DNA of 64,000 bases from Podarcis liolepis (lineage: Eukaryota). Below are positions 49,991 through 62,945 of the stretch, piece after piece. Below the pieces are notes generated by a model. It was given only the letters and a program-made list of their open reading frames with translations, was not told where the DNA came from and made no database searches. Positions within the stretch are counted from its first letter, which is position 1. Each line of letters starts with the position of its first letter. The position numbers were made by a program, and so were the translations under genes. The stretch lies in NCBI GenBank assembly GCA_965112155.1, contig OZ218106.1; one strand, written 5' to 3'.

Positions 49991-52900
49991 GCTTTGATCC
50001 TGCTCTTCTAGGGCACATTTTGGTGGTTCCCCTACTTTCCCCCTTCACTAGGAAACACTAGTATAGACCAAACCATTCTTATGCTGGGCAATGATATCTG
50101 TTCACTTATGCACTTGGCAAACAAGACTTCTGGTTACCTTTCTCTCCCCCTCCAACCCCCCGTGTCTCCCCCAAAGTCTGGAGGATCTTCCAACCCTCCA
50201 GAGGAGATTTTGCAGGTGTTGGAGGTTGCAGGGAGGAGTAGAGGATGGAGAAGCCCTGTTGCACAGTGAGATATCCACTCATGCTATGCTGAATCACACC
50301 AGTTGTACCCAATCTGAGCTATATATTCTGCAGTCTCCTTAAAAACCCTTTTTGTTCCATTACCCTTGGTTGGGCCATGAACTGTAAGGAAAGAGAGTGG
50401 ATGGCAAAATGTAGCACTGAGTTTAGAATTGCAGTTTAGAACCCATTTCGGTGCAAATGGAGATACAGAGTAATGCTTAACACATTTCAAGTTCACTGAA
50501 CTTCCTTTTAAAAATGGTCTCAGAAATTAGAATCCTGGGAGTATTCGTGTAAAGCTGGGCAAACTTCCAGCTGCTTGTATCGGTGACCTTTTTCAAAAGC
50601 CCAACAATAAGATCCCCTATGATATAAATCAATGAATACATGTGCTGCACCTCAGCAGTTGTATGTCACAATGGAAATGTTAACAATACACCACAATCTG
50701 GTCTATATTCTTTATGCCTCAAATGCAAGGAAGAGAATGTAATACTTGGTTGGCATCTGAGCTGTTAACAATAATAATAATCAGGAACTACTTGTTGGAG
50801 GAAGGACAGTGCAAGAGAAGGTCCCATGGCCTGCAATCGTATGAGGTGGCCACTAGGAAATCCAGAGGGCACAATCACATGTAAGCTGTGTACATAGAGA
50901 GTCCAACATTCCCAATTATCATGAGCTCATCACAATTTGGGCTTGTTATTAACAGCCAATGAGTTTGCATTAAGTCTGGCAAGATTGGGAAATGACTACA
51001 TAAATTGAAAGCAAGGCTTCTACATCTGCAATCTGCAATCTGGCAATCTGGCAGGACAAGGTTTCCAGATCACAGAAAGCCTGCATGGGTAGCTTTCCCC
51101 TCTGGGGCTGTGGGTGTTGGGGACAGAGAGTCACATGATGGGAAGGGAGAGCTAGCAACAAGGCTTTTTTTTCAGCCACAACTTGCCAGAACCCAGTTCT
51201 GGCACTTCTCAGATGGGCGCCATTGCCATTCTAAGAGAACGAGAGAGGTGTTCATGGTGAGTTCCTGACACCTCTTTTGCTTCTTCTATGGATGGGGACC
51301 CTTTCATATGGATAAGGTGTGAAGGAGGCTCAACAAATAGAGATATTCTTATGTTTTTAAAAGGAATATTAACAGCACAAGGTGCAGACAGAGTATTCCA
51401 TACCTTGCATTTAAGGCTTAAAAAACACCCTAAGCAGTGGAATGGTACCCTAATGCTTAGTGACTGTTATCTCTAACCCTCCTTGTTTATAGTGTTGACT
51501 GTTGCTACTGACTGTCTACTCTGTGTACAGAGTGAACAAGCTGGGTACAAGGTACCTGTGTTCATTTAGTTAGAAGTTTTCTAGTCTGCTATTGTTGTGA
51601 AATAACAACTACTTTTCCTGTTACTCTTCCCCCAGTCCATTAGTAAAGAATGCATGTCCTTTCTGTAGTAAAGATATGCTGATGTGGTCAGATGCCCAAA
51701 AGATGGTTGAAGTGAGATGAGCATTGATTCTGCATTCCTGCAAAAAGAAGTATCTATTTCCCCCCTCCAATGGAGAGCTTGTTGTACTTTTCTGCACTGA
51801 GAGCAACAGAAGCAAGCAACAACTTTTTCAGCCCTTTCACCTTAAAAAATAGAGAACAGGTATCCTGAATGCTTTATCACCTTGTTTGTTGTTCTCTGTG
51901 TTTTTTTTATTTCTGTTGTACTCTTCCTTGAGATGGGAAGATCAGAACTGCAGATAGTACTGAAGGTGCAGATACATCACCAGTGCAGAACAGTCCTACA
52001 TAACTTGTTACCCAACAAGCTCAATGTAGCCCATCAGCTTCAAACTTTTGACTGCAGGTGCTTGACAGTTTTACATTCCCAAGCAGGTAGCCAAAATGAT
52101 TCAGTTCAGTTCAAAGTTATTTTTCTTCACCATCAGCCATAACAAGCACAAAACAGATTTAATGAGACCAACACGCCTGGTGAGGTCCATTTGGATTGAT
52201 AAGCAGGTGTATGTAAGAAAAACAAAATCAATCATTCCACCCCATTCCATTTTTCATTATTAAAACCTCATTTATTTAGAAGAAATCCATTCATTAAAAC
52301 CACATTTCTATTCACAAATATTTCATTCATTATTGTTGTTCCTGTTTTTTTTCATTTCCCATTGCTTTCAATGACTTAGCTTCAATGTTTTCTCAACAAT
52401 TCTCATGAAATATTCAGGAATTCTGCTACCTCTGCAGGAAAACAGACTTTCAAAACAGAATTTCAGACAGATAGAGAAGGGGTGTGTGTCCACATTTATA
52501 GACAATTTTAAAAGCCTATTATCTCTAAGCTGATTATTAATAGGGAAAAGCAACCTTCTACACAACAGACTATAAATAACTAGAAGGGCAGTAAGCACAG
52601 TATTTTATGGGTTATATCTAACTTTTACTCATAGCAGACCCATTGAAATTAATGTACATAAGTTAGTCATGCCCATTAATTTAATAGGTGTGCTTTGAGT
52701 ATAAGTAGCACTGGCACAACCCAAAATGTTTAAGGAAACTATAAGAGGTGACCCATTGGGTACTGTGTTTACACAAAGACCAGAGAACTGTACAAAAGCT
52801 ATTAATTCCAAGGTGGAGGAATTCACATAGGCAAATATTCACTCACTTTTATATTCACTTTTATAGTCACTCACAGCTCTGTCCCCTTGCCAGGGTGACC

Positions 52901-53000
52901 AAAGGGTTCTGTGTAAATGGAAGACTATCAGAATGCTGGACCCTTCCTAAAATGAGCAGATAAAGGGGCCAAAGAGGTAACTTACGGGGTCCCATAGAGG

Positions 53001-53394
53001 TGTGACTTTTGGTTATTAGCCGTGACCCCCGCTAATTGATTTACGAACCTCGATTAGCGATTTATGGCTGCCCGGTCCGGCGCGCTTCCCTCAGCTGCGC
53101 CACTCAGTCACGGCTCAGCAGAGTTTCACACAGCGGTGTAGAACTGTCACCAGCTTGATTCAGCTTCCAGACAAACACACAGAGTCCAGTTCGTCTATTT
53201 ACAGCATTTATTCCAACATTTCCCCCAGGGATTTCCTGGGCTCCTCTCCGCCATTACAGGCTACGTCTTTTCCCCACGGAACACAGAGTGGGACTGGCTA
53301 ACTCCTCCCAAACTCCTCCCAGCTTCGAAAGCTGACGTCAGAATGCTGAGGCACCATGGGAACAACTTAACCAGTTAAGTTCCAACTCCCAACA
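53001..53394 (-). repeat. 3' LTR
   Basis: Direct repeat of 55691-56084. Contains minus-strand AATAAA (about 53207-53212) and TGACGTCA (53333-53340). Confidence 0.97.
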
Positions 53395-54400
53395 CCCCCT
53401 CTTGCATCACATTCTGACAAGACCCTCTTGAGTTCAACACCTTCCCCTTTGCCTTGTGCCCCTTCCCAGCATCTTTCCCAGGCACCTGTTGAACCCCTTC
53501 AACACTCCCAGAATCACACTGTGCGACACTTTTCCACGCACCTGTGACCTGATACCCTACTGACCCATTAGGGCCAGCAGTTGTGTCTTCTCCGTCAGAC
53601 TCTTCCCCCTCTGACTTGACAACCCTTCCGTGAGCTTTCTCCATTACCGGAGATGAAGCCTCACACCTGGACACTCCTTTCACAACCCTTGGAGATGCCC
53701 AAACCTGCCCTGAACCCTGACCCTGGATCTGGTCCCCATCACCGGGATCTGAACCCTGATTCTGGACCTTATCCCCATCACTGGGTTCAGCCACAGCCTC
53801 CCTTCTCCCTTGAGAAGACTTTGCACCCGTCACCTGGTGACGTATTCCCTTTTCCTTGAAAAATTCCTCCAGAGCAGACCCAGTAAACTGTGACCCTCGG
53901 TCGCTCTTGACCCCTTGCACCCTGGTGGAGAACCTTAGTTCCACCTCCGCAACCCAATCTTGGAACAGTTGCGCCACCTCCCCCTGTGATTTGAAAGAGA
54001 AACTCCAGCCAATCTGGCTGTGGTGATCTGTCAGCGACAGCACATACCTGACCCCACCCAGACTCTCAGACCTCTTGGGTCCTGACAGATCTGTGTGAAC
54101 AAGCTCAAAGGGCTCTTTGGTTACTCTCCCAAACCCGGGAAAACCAAGCACCTTAGCACCTTTGCATGCCCTGCACCCTTGGGACCTCCTCCCACATTGT
54201 GTGATTTTACACCCTTTTGTGCACCTGTGCAACTTTTGCACATCTTTGGGAACCTTAGCACACTGCGCCTGTGCTTTTTCAGCATTCCCACCACCCTCCA
54301 TAGGTGACTCCAGAACAAAGAAATTGTTCTTGCTCTTCGCCATGTTGACCCGTTGTCGCCCCCCTCTGAAAATGGAACAGGTGTCATTTTCAAAGCACAT
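53375..54400 (-). pseudogene. Copia integrase-derived ORF (truncated core fused to a low-complexity tail)
   Basis: PFELVHTDLSGP...SLGGVRYVLSLTD...VKSDRGSQF...FFKEKGIRHQVT matches copia rve. Upstream frame has VVPGLNSCQLSVSALTKQGF, the copia post-protease motif. Confidence 0.85.
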
Positions 54401-55690
54401 CTTTAAACCCTTGCTTCGTTAGAGCAGATACAGATAACTGACAACTATTCAGTCCCGGCACAACGCAGATCTCTAGCTCCTCCTGTGAAGGAGAGAAAAA
54501 ACACGTTAGCCACACCACAGACTGCTTTTTTGTGCTCCGTCTGTGAATAAAACAATTGTTCCTGTTGAAAACAGCCCTGCAGTTCCGCAGTTTGCCTATC
54601 AGGTGCTGCCTGATAGCAGAAACCAAAACACCCAGCGTGTCATCGTGTCCTGGCTGGAGTTGTTTTTCACAGTTGCCAATAGAAGCAACAAACGTCCCGC
54701 TGCCTCAGTCCTTGGCAGCGTCCGAAAACCGCAACATCCTGCGTTGCTCTGAAGACTGGACTTATCTCAGAGTTCCCAGACAACTCTGCAGCACGTATCT
54801 CCCGCTGCAGCAGATGGCTGGCCTTGAAGCCTGTAGCAATGACGAACTCCAGTGGAAAAACACTGCTCCGGGGCTCCTCCCAGCTGGCCTCCTTCTCTTT
54901 CTTCCGGAAAAGCACTCCTTGCCAGCTCCGCCCCCTCTGAACCTCCACTTCATTCCAGCACGTACAGTGGAAAACTTTAAACGTGCCTTTGGAAACCTTC
55001 CGCCCCCCCCCGACCTGCTCAGCAGCACTCCTTGTGGCTAAAGCATCAGGGACAGGGGCTCCAGCCATCTTTAGGCTTTTGTAGTCCTTCTCCAGGGCTC
55101 TGGCCTCCTGCTGAAGCTTCACAGCAAATGCAGCAGTACATCTCCAAGTGCCAATAGTCCCTTTGCCCCCCCTCTGGGGCCCACAGCCTTTCCCAGCTGT
55201 GCACCGGCTCTCACGTAGGTGATCAGCGCCATCTTGTCTTTCTGTTCTGAAGCAGCCATCTCCCGGCCCTTGCTTTCCGCCTCCAGCCTCACAAACACCC
55301 TGGAGCGCTGAACGGCCTCTGGCTTCCTGGCACCCAGAACAGTAGACTTCAGATCAGCAGCCAGGTTGCCCAACTTCTTAAAGTGAGCCTCCCACAGTCC
55401 TCCAAGACCTGGCAGCCTGCCATCCTCTTCCGTTCTCCCAAGGGGCCCCAAGCTGTACTCACAAGATCACCAGCTCATCCAGCACCCGTCCGGAGAAACG
55501 ATTCCCTGCTGCTCTCAGCTCCTTGGCTCCACAGCAGTCCTCTGCGTTTTTCAGCCAGCCGCTTTTTTAGCTCCGCAGCTCTCCTTGCCTCTTAACACCA
55601 GGCAAAAACCAACCACCATCTCCTGCCGAACTTCAAACGCATTCCGGCAGCCTCTTGTGACAGTTTTACAAGCGATGATGATCCATAACC

Positions 55691-56084
55691 TGTGACTTTT
55701 GGTTATTAGCCGTGACCCCCGCTAATTGATTTACGAACCTCGATTAGCGATTTATGGCTGCCCGGTCCGGCGCGCTTCCCTCAGCTGCGCCACTCAGTCA
55801 CGGCTCAGCAGAGTTTCACACAGCGGTGTAGAACTGTCACCAGCTTGATTCAGCTTCCAGACAAACACACAGAGTCCAGTTCGTCTATTTACAGCATTTA
55901 TTCCAACATTTCCCCCAGGGATTTCCTGGGCTCCTCTCCGCCATTACAGGCTACGTCTTTTCCCCACGGAACACAGAGTGGGACTGGCTAACTCCTCCCA
56001 AACTCCTCCCAGCTTCGAAAGCTGACGTCAGAATGCTGAGGCACCATGGGAACAACTTAACCAGTTAAGTTCCAACTCCCAACA
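55691..56084 (-). repeat. 5' LTR
   Basis: Direct repeat of 53001-53394, followed on the minus strand by GGTTATGG. Confidence 0.97.
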
Positions 56085-59000
56085 AGAGGGGGGGTCAAAC
56101 CGGGCCCCGACCGAAGGCCAGGTGGAACAGCTCCATCTTGCAGGCCCTGCAGAAGGATGTCAAGTCCCTCTGTAGCTCTTATTTGATCTGGTGTGGCTGT
56201 TGGGGCAATTGAAAATGAAGGAACACAAATGAATAACAAACGGATATTTGATATTTGAAACTCTTTTTTTACTTTGGCATTTGGTGGTTCTGTAATTTAT
56301 GAAATGAATATGCCCCATCCTTTTTTCATTTGTTATACACCAAATGTAAATGCCCTATTGATACATTAGAAGCAGTTTAGCCAGAAAGAAACTGTGTTAC
56401 TGATTCTTTTCATTTCTTGAATCATTCATTTCGTTCTGTTTGCCTCTTTTGGCTATGGCCATTTCTTTTGAACTCAGCAAAGCTCATATATAAGCTGCTT
56501 GCTTCCATGCTGTAAATATGCCATCATCTGCCAGTGAGACTCACATTGAGGAGACTCTGGCCAGTGAACAGAAATCAAACAAGAAACAATGCCACTATTC
56601 AGCTTCTTCTATTCATTGCAACCACATCTGTTTACATGGCCTGAGCCCACTTCTAAACATGTTTGTCTTTCCAAACTCCATTTTGTCTCACAGAGCTCTC
56701 ACTGGATGGTGACTGCGAAGGTCATTTTATTCCCCGTCCTGAAGATCTGAAGTTTCAAATTCATTTATGAGATAAAGCAGAAAGACAGCTTAACAAAACA
56801 TTCCAGCTATCCCCTCGTCTGCCTCTGAGTTTTAAGTGTAACTTGAGAGCAACTGTAAACCCTCCAAAACTTCCATTTAGTTTTCAGCATGCGTTTAACA
56901 TTAAGGACACAGTTTTTAGGCTTCTAAAAGTTAGGCCCCATTGTGTTCTTTTGTTACACATATAATATCAAAGGTAATGGAAAAAGCATTGATCAAAAGA
57001 GTTTAGCTGACTCTATCTGTGATAAAACTGACTCACTTGGTTAGATTGTGATATGGAAGAGACAGCGCACATGCTCTGAATCTGTTTTCTATGAAATGGA
57101 ACTTAAGTGGTAATCAAAATGCTTACCACGGTGCTTTAGATTTGTGAGCTATTTTATGGAATATGTGAATCAGTGATATTTGCTCATAATAATTTGACCA
57201 TTTATAAATAATAGTGTGTACAATTGTTTTCCTTTATCTTACCAGGTCTGCAGCTCCAGCCTCTCCAAATTATATCAGACATAGCTGGGGTTGTTTGTTT
57301 GTTTTTTTTAAAAAATCAATCCTACATATTGACACTGAAGAACAAAAATACACAAAGAAATAATTGGAAACATTTTTTGTTGGAAAAATATGTATCTAGT
57401 CTTTTAACCAATGTATCCAATGTGATGTCCTCCAGATGTTTGCTGCTCTACAACTCCCATCTTCGCTGATCTTTGGCTTTACTGGCTGGGACTAAGGAGA
57501 GTTGTAGTTCAAAATGTCTGAACAACACGGCATTGGCTACCCCAGCATTTTAAGTCATATTATCTTAACCTCATGAAGCCTTAAAGTCCCACCTGAAGCA
57601 AAATCCAAACATATGCACAGGCAACTCCCAATTTATGTGGAGATCATGTTCCAAGGCACTGTGCGTTTAAGTGAAATTGTGTATATTTGAAACACCATTG
57701 AAAAAGCCTTCAAACGCTGCATTCTGCCTCTGCCTTGCCCCATTCTGCCTCTTTCTCTGATGTTTTTGGGTCACTTCTGGATTTGGTGTGATGCACGTGT
57801 GTGTGGTTGTGCACGTATCAGAGGTGCCTAAAATGATGCCTAACATTATATTTTCTCATATTCATCTCTTGTTACTATTGCCCCTCCCTTTACTTTTTTT
57901 TCATTTGCTGTTTAGCTCATTCTGCTCTCTAAAGCATGGGCTGGGGGACCTGGAACTCTCCATGCGGTATTGGACTACAACTCCCATCACTCTTAGCCAT
58001 TGACCATGCTGGTTGGGGCTGTTGGGAATATGAGTTCAATAACATCTAGAGCGATTGTCCACCCCTGATCTAATGCAACATGTACTTCTATAGTGTCATC
58101 ATCCTTTTTGGACTGCTAGCAGTCAACTATGACTGCAACTCCACTTTGAACCTTTGTGCTGGTATCTTGTGCACGTGATCATGACAAAATGCATATCTCT
58201 GTTGGCCTGATCCTGCAAGCAGTGCTGTCCTTGGCTCAGGTTGTGACATATCTTATAAATCATCAGTCATATGTTCCTTGTTATCATGATGAATGTCTCT
58301 TCCGCATCTGTGTTTAACTACATTTTGCTGAGATCATAAGAATTTGGCTTTGGGGGAGATTGAAGCAAAGCAGAAATCCCTTTATGTCCTTTACTGCTTC
58401 TGTTAATAGTTCCCTGTCTTTACTAAGCATTCCACTCAAAATAGCCTTACCATTCATCTTATAAATACATTTCTAATTCTCAAACATGTGCGGAGGGAAA
58501 CGATATTTTAATTTGTTCTGTTTTGTAATCATTTCAATGCAAAGAGTTAGCGGTAATAATTTTACCATAATTATTTAGAATATGCAGCCAACAGCAAATA
58601 TTTCCCTCTTCCATTAAAATAAAACTATCCTCGAATACCAATGACATTAGATTTCTATGTTGGCAAGGGGAGAGATTATTAAGAAGATATTGAAAAGAAA
58701 CCTGACAATTCTGTAGTATCTTATACCAGGGGTTCTCAAACTTTCTACTCTCAGGGCCCATTTGAAATGGCTGAAAATAACGGAGGCACGCCAGTCACAA
58801 TCTGATGGTCCAGAAGTGGAGCCAGTCATCCTATATCCCTGGTCCTTTTAAATGCTCTTCCTCTTCCTAAAACAGCTTTCTCTTCTTATTCCATCCCTTT
58901 TTATTCCCAGTTTATTATAATTATATTGTTTAAATATTACCCTTTAATCTCTTTCTGATGCCTTTCAATACCTGAAATAGACTGATCCACCCATCCCTAG

Positions 59001-59153
59001 GGCTACTGCCTTCATGCCTTGCTTGGAGGTTTCTCCAAAGGAATCTGGTTGGCAACTGTGGAAGGCATGGTGCTGGACTCGGTTGTCATTTGGTTCAAAC
59101 CAGCAAGGTTATTATGCTCACGTACATCCACAACACTGACACCACTGCGTTTT

Positions 59154-59342
59154 GAAGAAGAGGAGGAGGAGGAGGAGGAGGAGGAGTTTGGATTTGATAT
59201 CCTGCTTTATCACTACCCGAAGGAGTCTCAAAGCGGCTAACATTCTCCTTTCCCTTCTTCCCCCACAACAAACACTCTGTGAGGTGAGTGGGGCTGAGAG
59301 ACTTCAGAGAAGTGTGACTAGCCCAAGGTCACCCAGCAGCTG
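59154..59342 (-). mobile_element. Squam2-like SINE, 5'-truncated
   Basis: Nearly identical to 19745-19935; head absent. Confidence 0.9.
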
Positions 59343-62300
59343 CCACACCACTGCAATGTCCCTTTTGGGGATTTACTGCAGTGTCAGCCAGGCCTGGATG
59401 GAGGACTTACAGCAGTGTATTTACAAGTGAGCCAGAATGGGGAACTTCAGGTGGCAAAGCCTCAGCTGGCTCAACTAGAGATCCCCCTGTTCCAAACCCT
59501 TCTCATCTCAGCAGATCTTTGGTACAGATTTCTCCCTAAGAAACATTTCTGGATGAACGACCAAATTATGAAAAACACCCACCATTACAGTAATGAGATT
59601 TGATTTTGTTATAAAGCTCACTCAGTTTCCCTGACATTCAAACAACCCAAAATATAATTAATATGTGCTGTGAATTTATTTTTATCTTCCACTTTTGGTA
59701 GTACAAATTGCTATTGCCATCCATCAGAAATCAGGCAAATGACCTGTTATGACCTGCAGATATATTTAAAGTTGCAGTTTTTAGAAATGTGGTAGATGAA
59801 GGTAGTTGAATTTTCCTCAAGTTCTAAGTGTTTGGGGCAATTCCTGTTATCATTCTCAGGTATATTGTTAATTTCACTTGAGTAAATTTTTTTAAAAAAA
59901 TTGGTAGGCAATTGTCCTTTGTCCAACAAGTGTCAGGGAAGATAAATATGCTAACATGTCTGTCTCCACAGTGCACAATAAGCGGCTAATAAATCCACTT
60001 TGTAAACCTATAAACAAGCTAATGGGAGAGTTTAAAAACACAGCAATGATACCTGTTTGTATTTACTGATAGTGGTAGAAAAGGGTTCGGCTAGCATAGC
60101 ACTTTAAAAAATACAACACAGTATCTTTGGTTTCAGAAAGGGTGGCCCACAGCAATGAGCAAGAATACAATACAAGGAATTATGGGTAATGGGACTTAGT
60201 ACAGAAAAAATGTGACTAGGGTCATGGGCTAAGGCTGCAATCTGCCACATAATTCTAAGAAAACTAATGCAAGAAGTCCAAGTCCCACTGTAGGGCTTAG
60301 TTCAGAAGAAGCAGTACTGAGTTTTACAGCACTTCTAGTTGGAGAAATGGAGTCTGTTCAATAGCCAAGTCCACTGGTTTCTGGCCCCTATGCAATAATC
60401 TGCTAGGTCAACAAAGAAATAGACCCTGGGAGTTGGAATCAGTGTGATTAGCAGTAGAAAAAGTCAGTGGTTAGTGTGTTGTATTAGGCAAACTAGCTAC
60501 AAATCCCTGCCTAGACTTAAAGCTATCTGGATTATCCTAGGTAAACCATTAGTTCTGAACCAATTTACCAGAGCTGTGATCAGGGCATGAGTCAAACCCT
60601 TCATACTACTCTGAGTTTCATGGAAGCAGGATGGAATGTAAGTGTGATCAGTGACAAACTTTACATCATCACCTTCCCCCCCACTTACTTTAGCATGCCT
60701 ACTTTAGCTCTAGATTTCAGGAGCCGCATTGTAAGAGAACCTGCCATCTGAATTGCCCTTATTCATTCGAAGAAAAGATCAATTTATGATGAAACATTAG
60801 ATATATGCTTTTCGCTTTTGTGTGCTATTTGATCAGTTCCATCTCTGCACACTCTGCCAAGATCCCTCCTGAATGCAAGCCACAAGGGCTTATTATCCTT
60901 GTTCAGTTTTTGAAAGGTGAGAAGGAGAGTTGATGGACACCATAACAATGGCAAAGAGGAACAGAGCACCTGTAACCAAAACAGCAAGTTTTTGCAAACC
61001 GGCCAATATGAGGCTTTGATATACTGTGCCATTCTGCATTTGGTATTTAGGAGAGTTCTAGATTTTAAAAGTAATCACATTTTGATATACATGTTTTGTT
61101 TAAAATGATTTTAAATACTCCCCCCTCCCCACAAGAAGCTGCATTTATACAACAGGCTGCACAGACAAAATACTTCCAGGAACAATAATCAAAGGGTGTG
61201 CTGCACGGGAAGGGGGGCAGTTAGAATTTCTTAGCTGTGATCAAGATCACATGGCAAGCCTGGGGATGAAGCCAACAGTAGCATTATTCATTCATGTTCA
61301 GTCCACATGATGTATTTAGTTCACCCCGCAGGGAAGAAAATTTCAAAACAGGGCATTGAAAATATGCACACAAATCCTATTACTGGATAATGGGATTTGT
61401 GTGCGTAAAGTCTCGTGCACCAAAATTTAAATTTAGGTGTCTAATTTTTCATGTGACCCAACAAATCGCTTAACAGAAAACAACTTTTCACATGGCATCC
61501 TTGTCTCCCTGGGTTGTTCATTTACCAGATGGACGGCACAAGGCCATTTGAAGCCTGGCTTTCCACAATAACCAGCACATCTTGCAGGGGTTAAGGTGGA
61601 GAAGTGTGAAATGGGCCAGTGCTGCTGGCACACAGTCTAATAGAACCATGAATCCATTAGCCCTAAAAAGGCACAGCTGGTTCTTAGGAGAGCCAAACGC
61701 GCCACCATGAAATCCCAACTTCCACACTATGCTTTTTGTTTGTTTGTGAATGGGTTAAGATTTCCACTTAGGCTAAATATACCCATGTTCAATGTAGGGA
61801 TGTTGCAGAATTCCGACAGAAATGGAAACAGGAGTGGATTTGCTGGGGCTTGCTTATTCATCCCATGTCCAGAAAGGAGATCAATCTAGCAAATACGATC
61901 GGTATTGGCTGTTGCTGCATCTATATGTGAATAATACATTTTTGATGACTCCTCACCACCCATTTCTATCACATTTCCTTCGCATTGAAATGATATGGAA
62001 TAATGCAATTATATTATGATAAATTACACAATTAATTATGTAAAAATCCACCACAGTGGACAGGCAAGACAAATAATGTAGTTTTTATTGGAAGCTGAAC
62101 TGCAGCAGAATGTAAACAGCGCTGTGTGTGATACACAGAGGTCAGAATGGAAAGACGTGCCTTCCTGCATCCCAAGTCTAGTGCAATCCTATGCATATTT
62201 ATTCAGAATTAAGTCCCTCAGAGTCCAATGGGATTTACTCCTATCTAAGTGAGAATAGGAGTTCAGGTTTTTTCCCTATAGTTGGGTATATTCTCCACCA

Positions 62301-62908
62301 CACTAGCAAAGGTTGTGATTTGTTTCCAGCTCTAAAGTTTGGCAAATATATGTGAAGTGAGTCCACAAACATTCATTATAATCAATAACTATTGTATAGT
62401 ATAAAGTGACTCTCTACTTTGCAGGTGGATAAATTAGAAGCATGGCTTGAGTTTGCTTCTCCCAGTTTCTTTAGGTGCCTCCAGGGCTCCCCTTCCCCCA
62501 GCCAGAACTCACCAAAACTCAGTTCTGGCACCTCTCAGATGGGCACCATTGCCATTCTAATAGCACTGGGCACCTCCTACTTTTTTCATGTTGATATTGT
62601 CTGCCTTTGTGCCTTACACTTGGAATGATATCTGCTGTTCCAACATTTTATACGTATTCTTCCCCTAAAATATGCATTTTATATGCTTTTTGAATGTTTG
62701 TTTTCTGAAATATATCCATTTTAAAAACAAAACTGCATCACAATATTTGGAGAACTGTGTATGCAATTGAAACCTGGGGTCTGATCTACATATAAGTCTG
62801 GGAACAGACTTTCTATTCCATCCCTAGTTGTAGTCATTTGGTTTTATGTTTTAAAACAGACCGGTAGCAAACTTTTATTGAGTAACAAACTTTTTTTGTG
62901 CCCAAAGC

Positions 62909-62910
<2 letters not shown>

Positions 62911-62944
<34 letters not shown>
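62911..62944. repeat. (CA)n microsatellite
   Basis: Direct reading. Confidence 0.95.

Positions 62945-62945
<1 letters not shown>

Larger units (their letters stand above)
53001..56084 (-). mobile_element. Ty1/copia-type LTR retrotransposon, non-autonomous (no RT/RNase H), recent insertion
   Basis: Two 394-bp TG...CA LTRs, identical by eye. TSD agagg at 52996-53000 and 56085-56089. PBS-like GGTTATGG next to the 5' LTR, polypurine tract next to the 3' LTR, copia integrase motifs. Confidence 0.95.

Noticed and set aside
52628-52702. Imperfect AT-rich hairpins (also near 14715, 39165, 62185) as miRNA candidates
   Set aside because: They recur across the window and look like an old palindromic MITE family.
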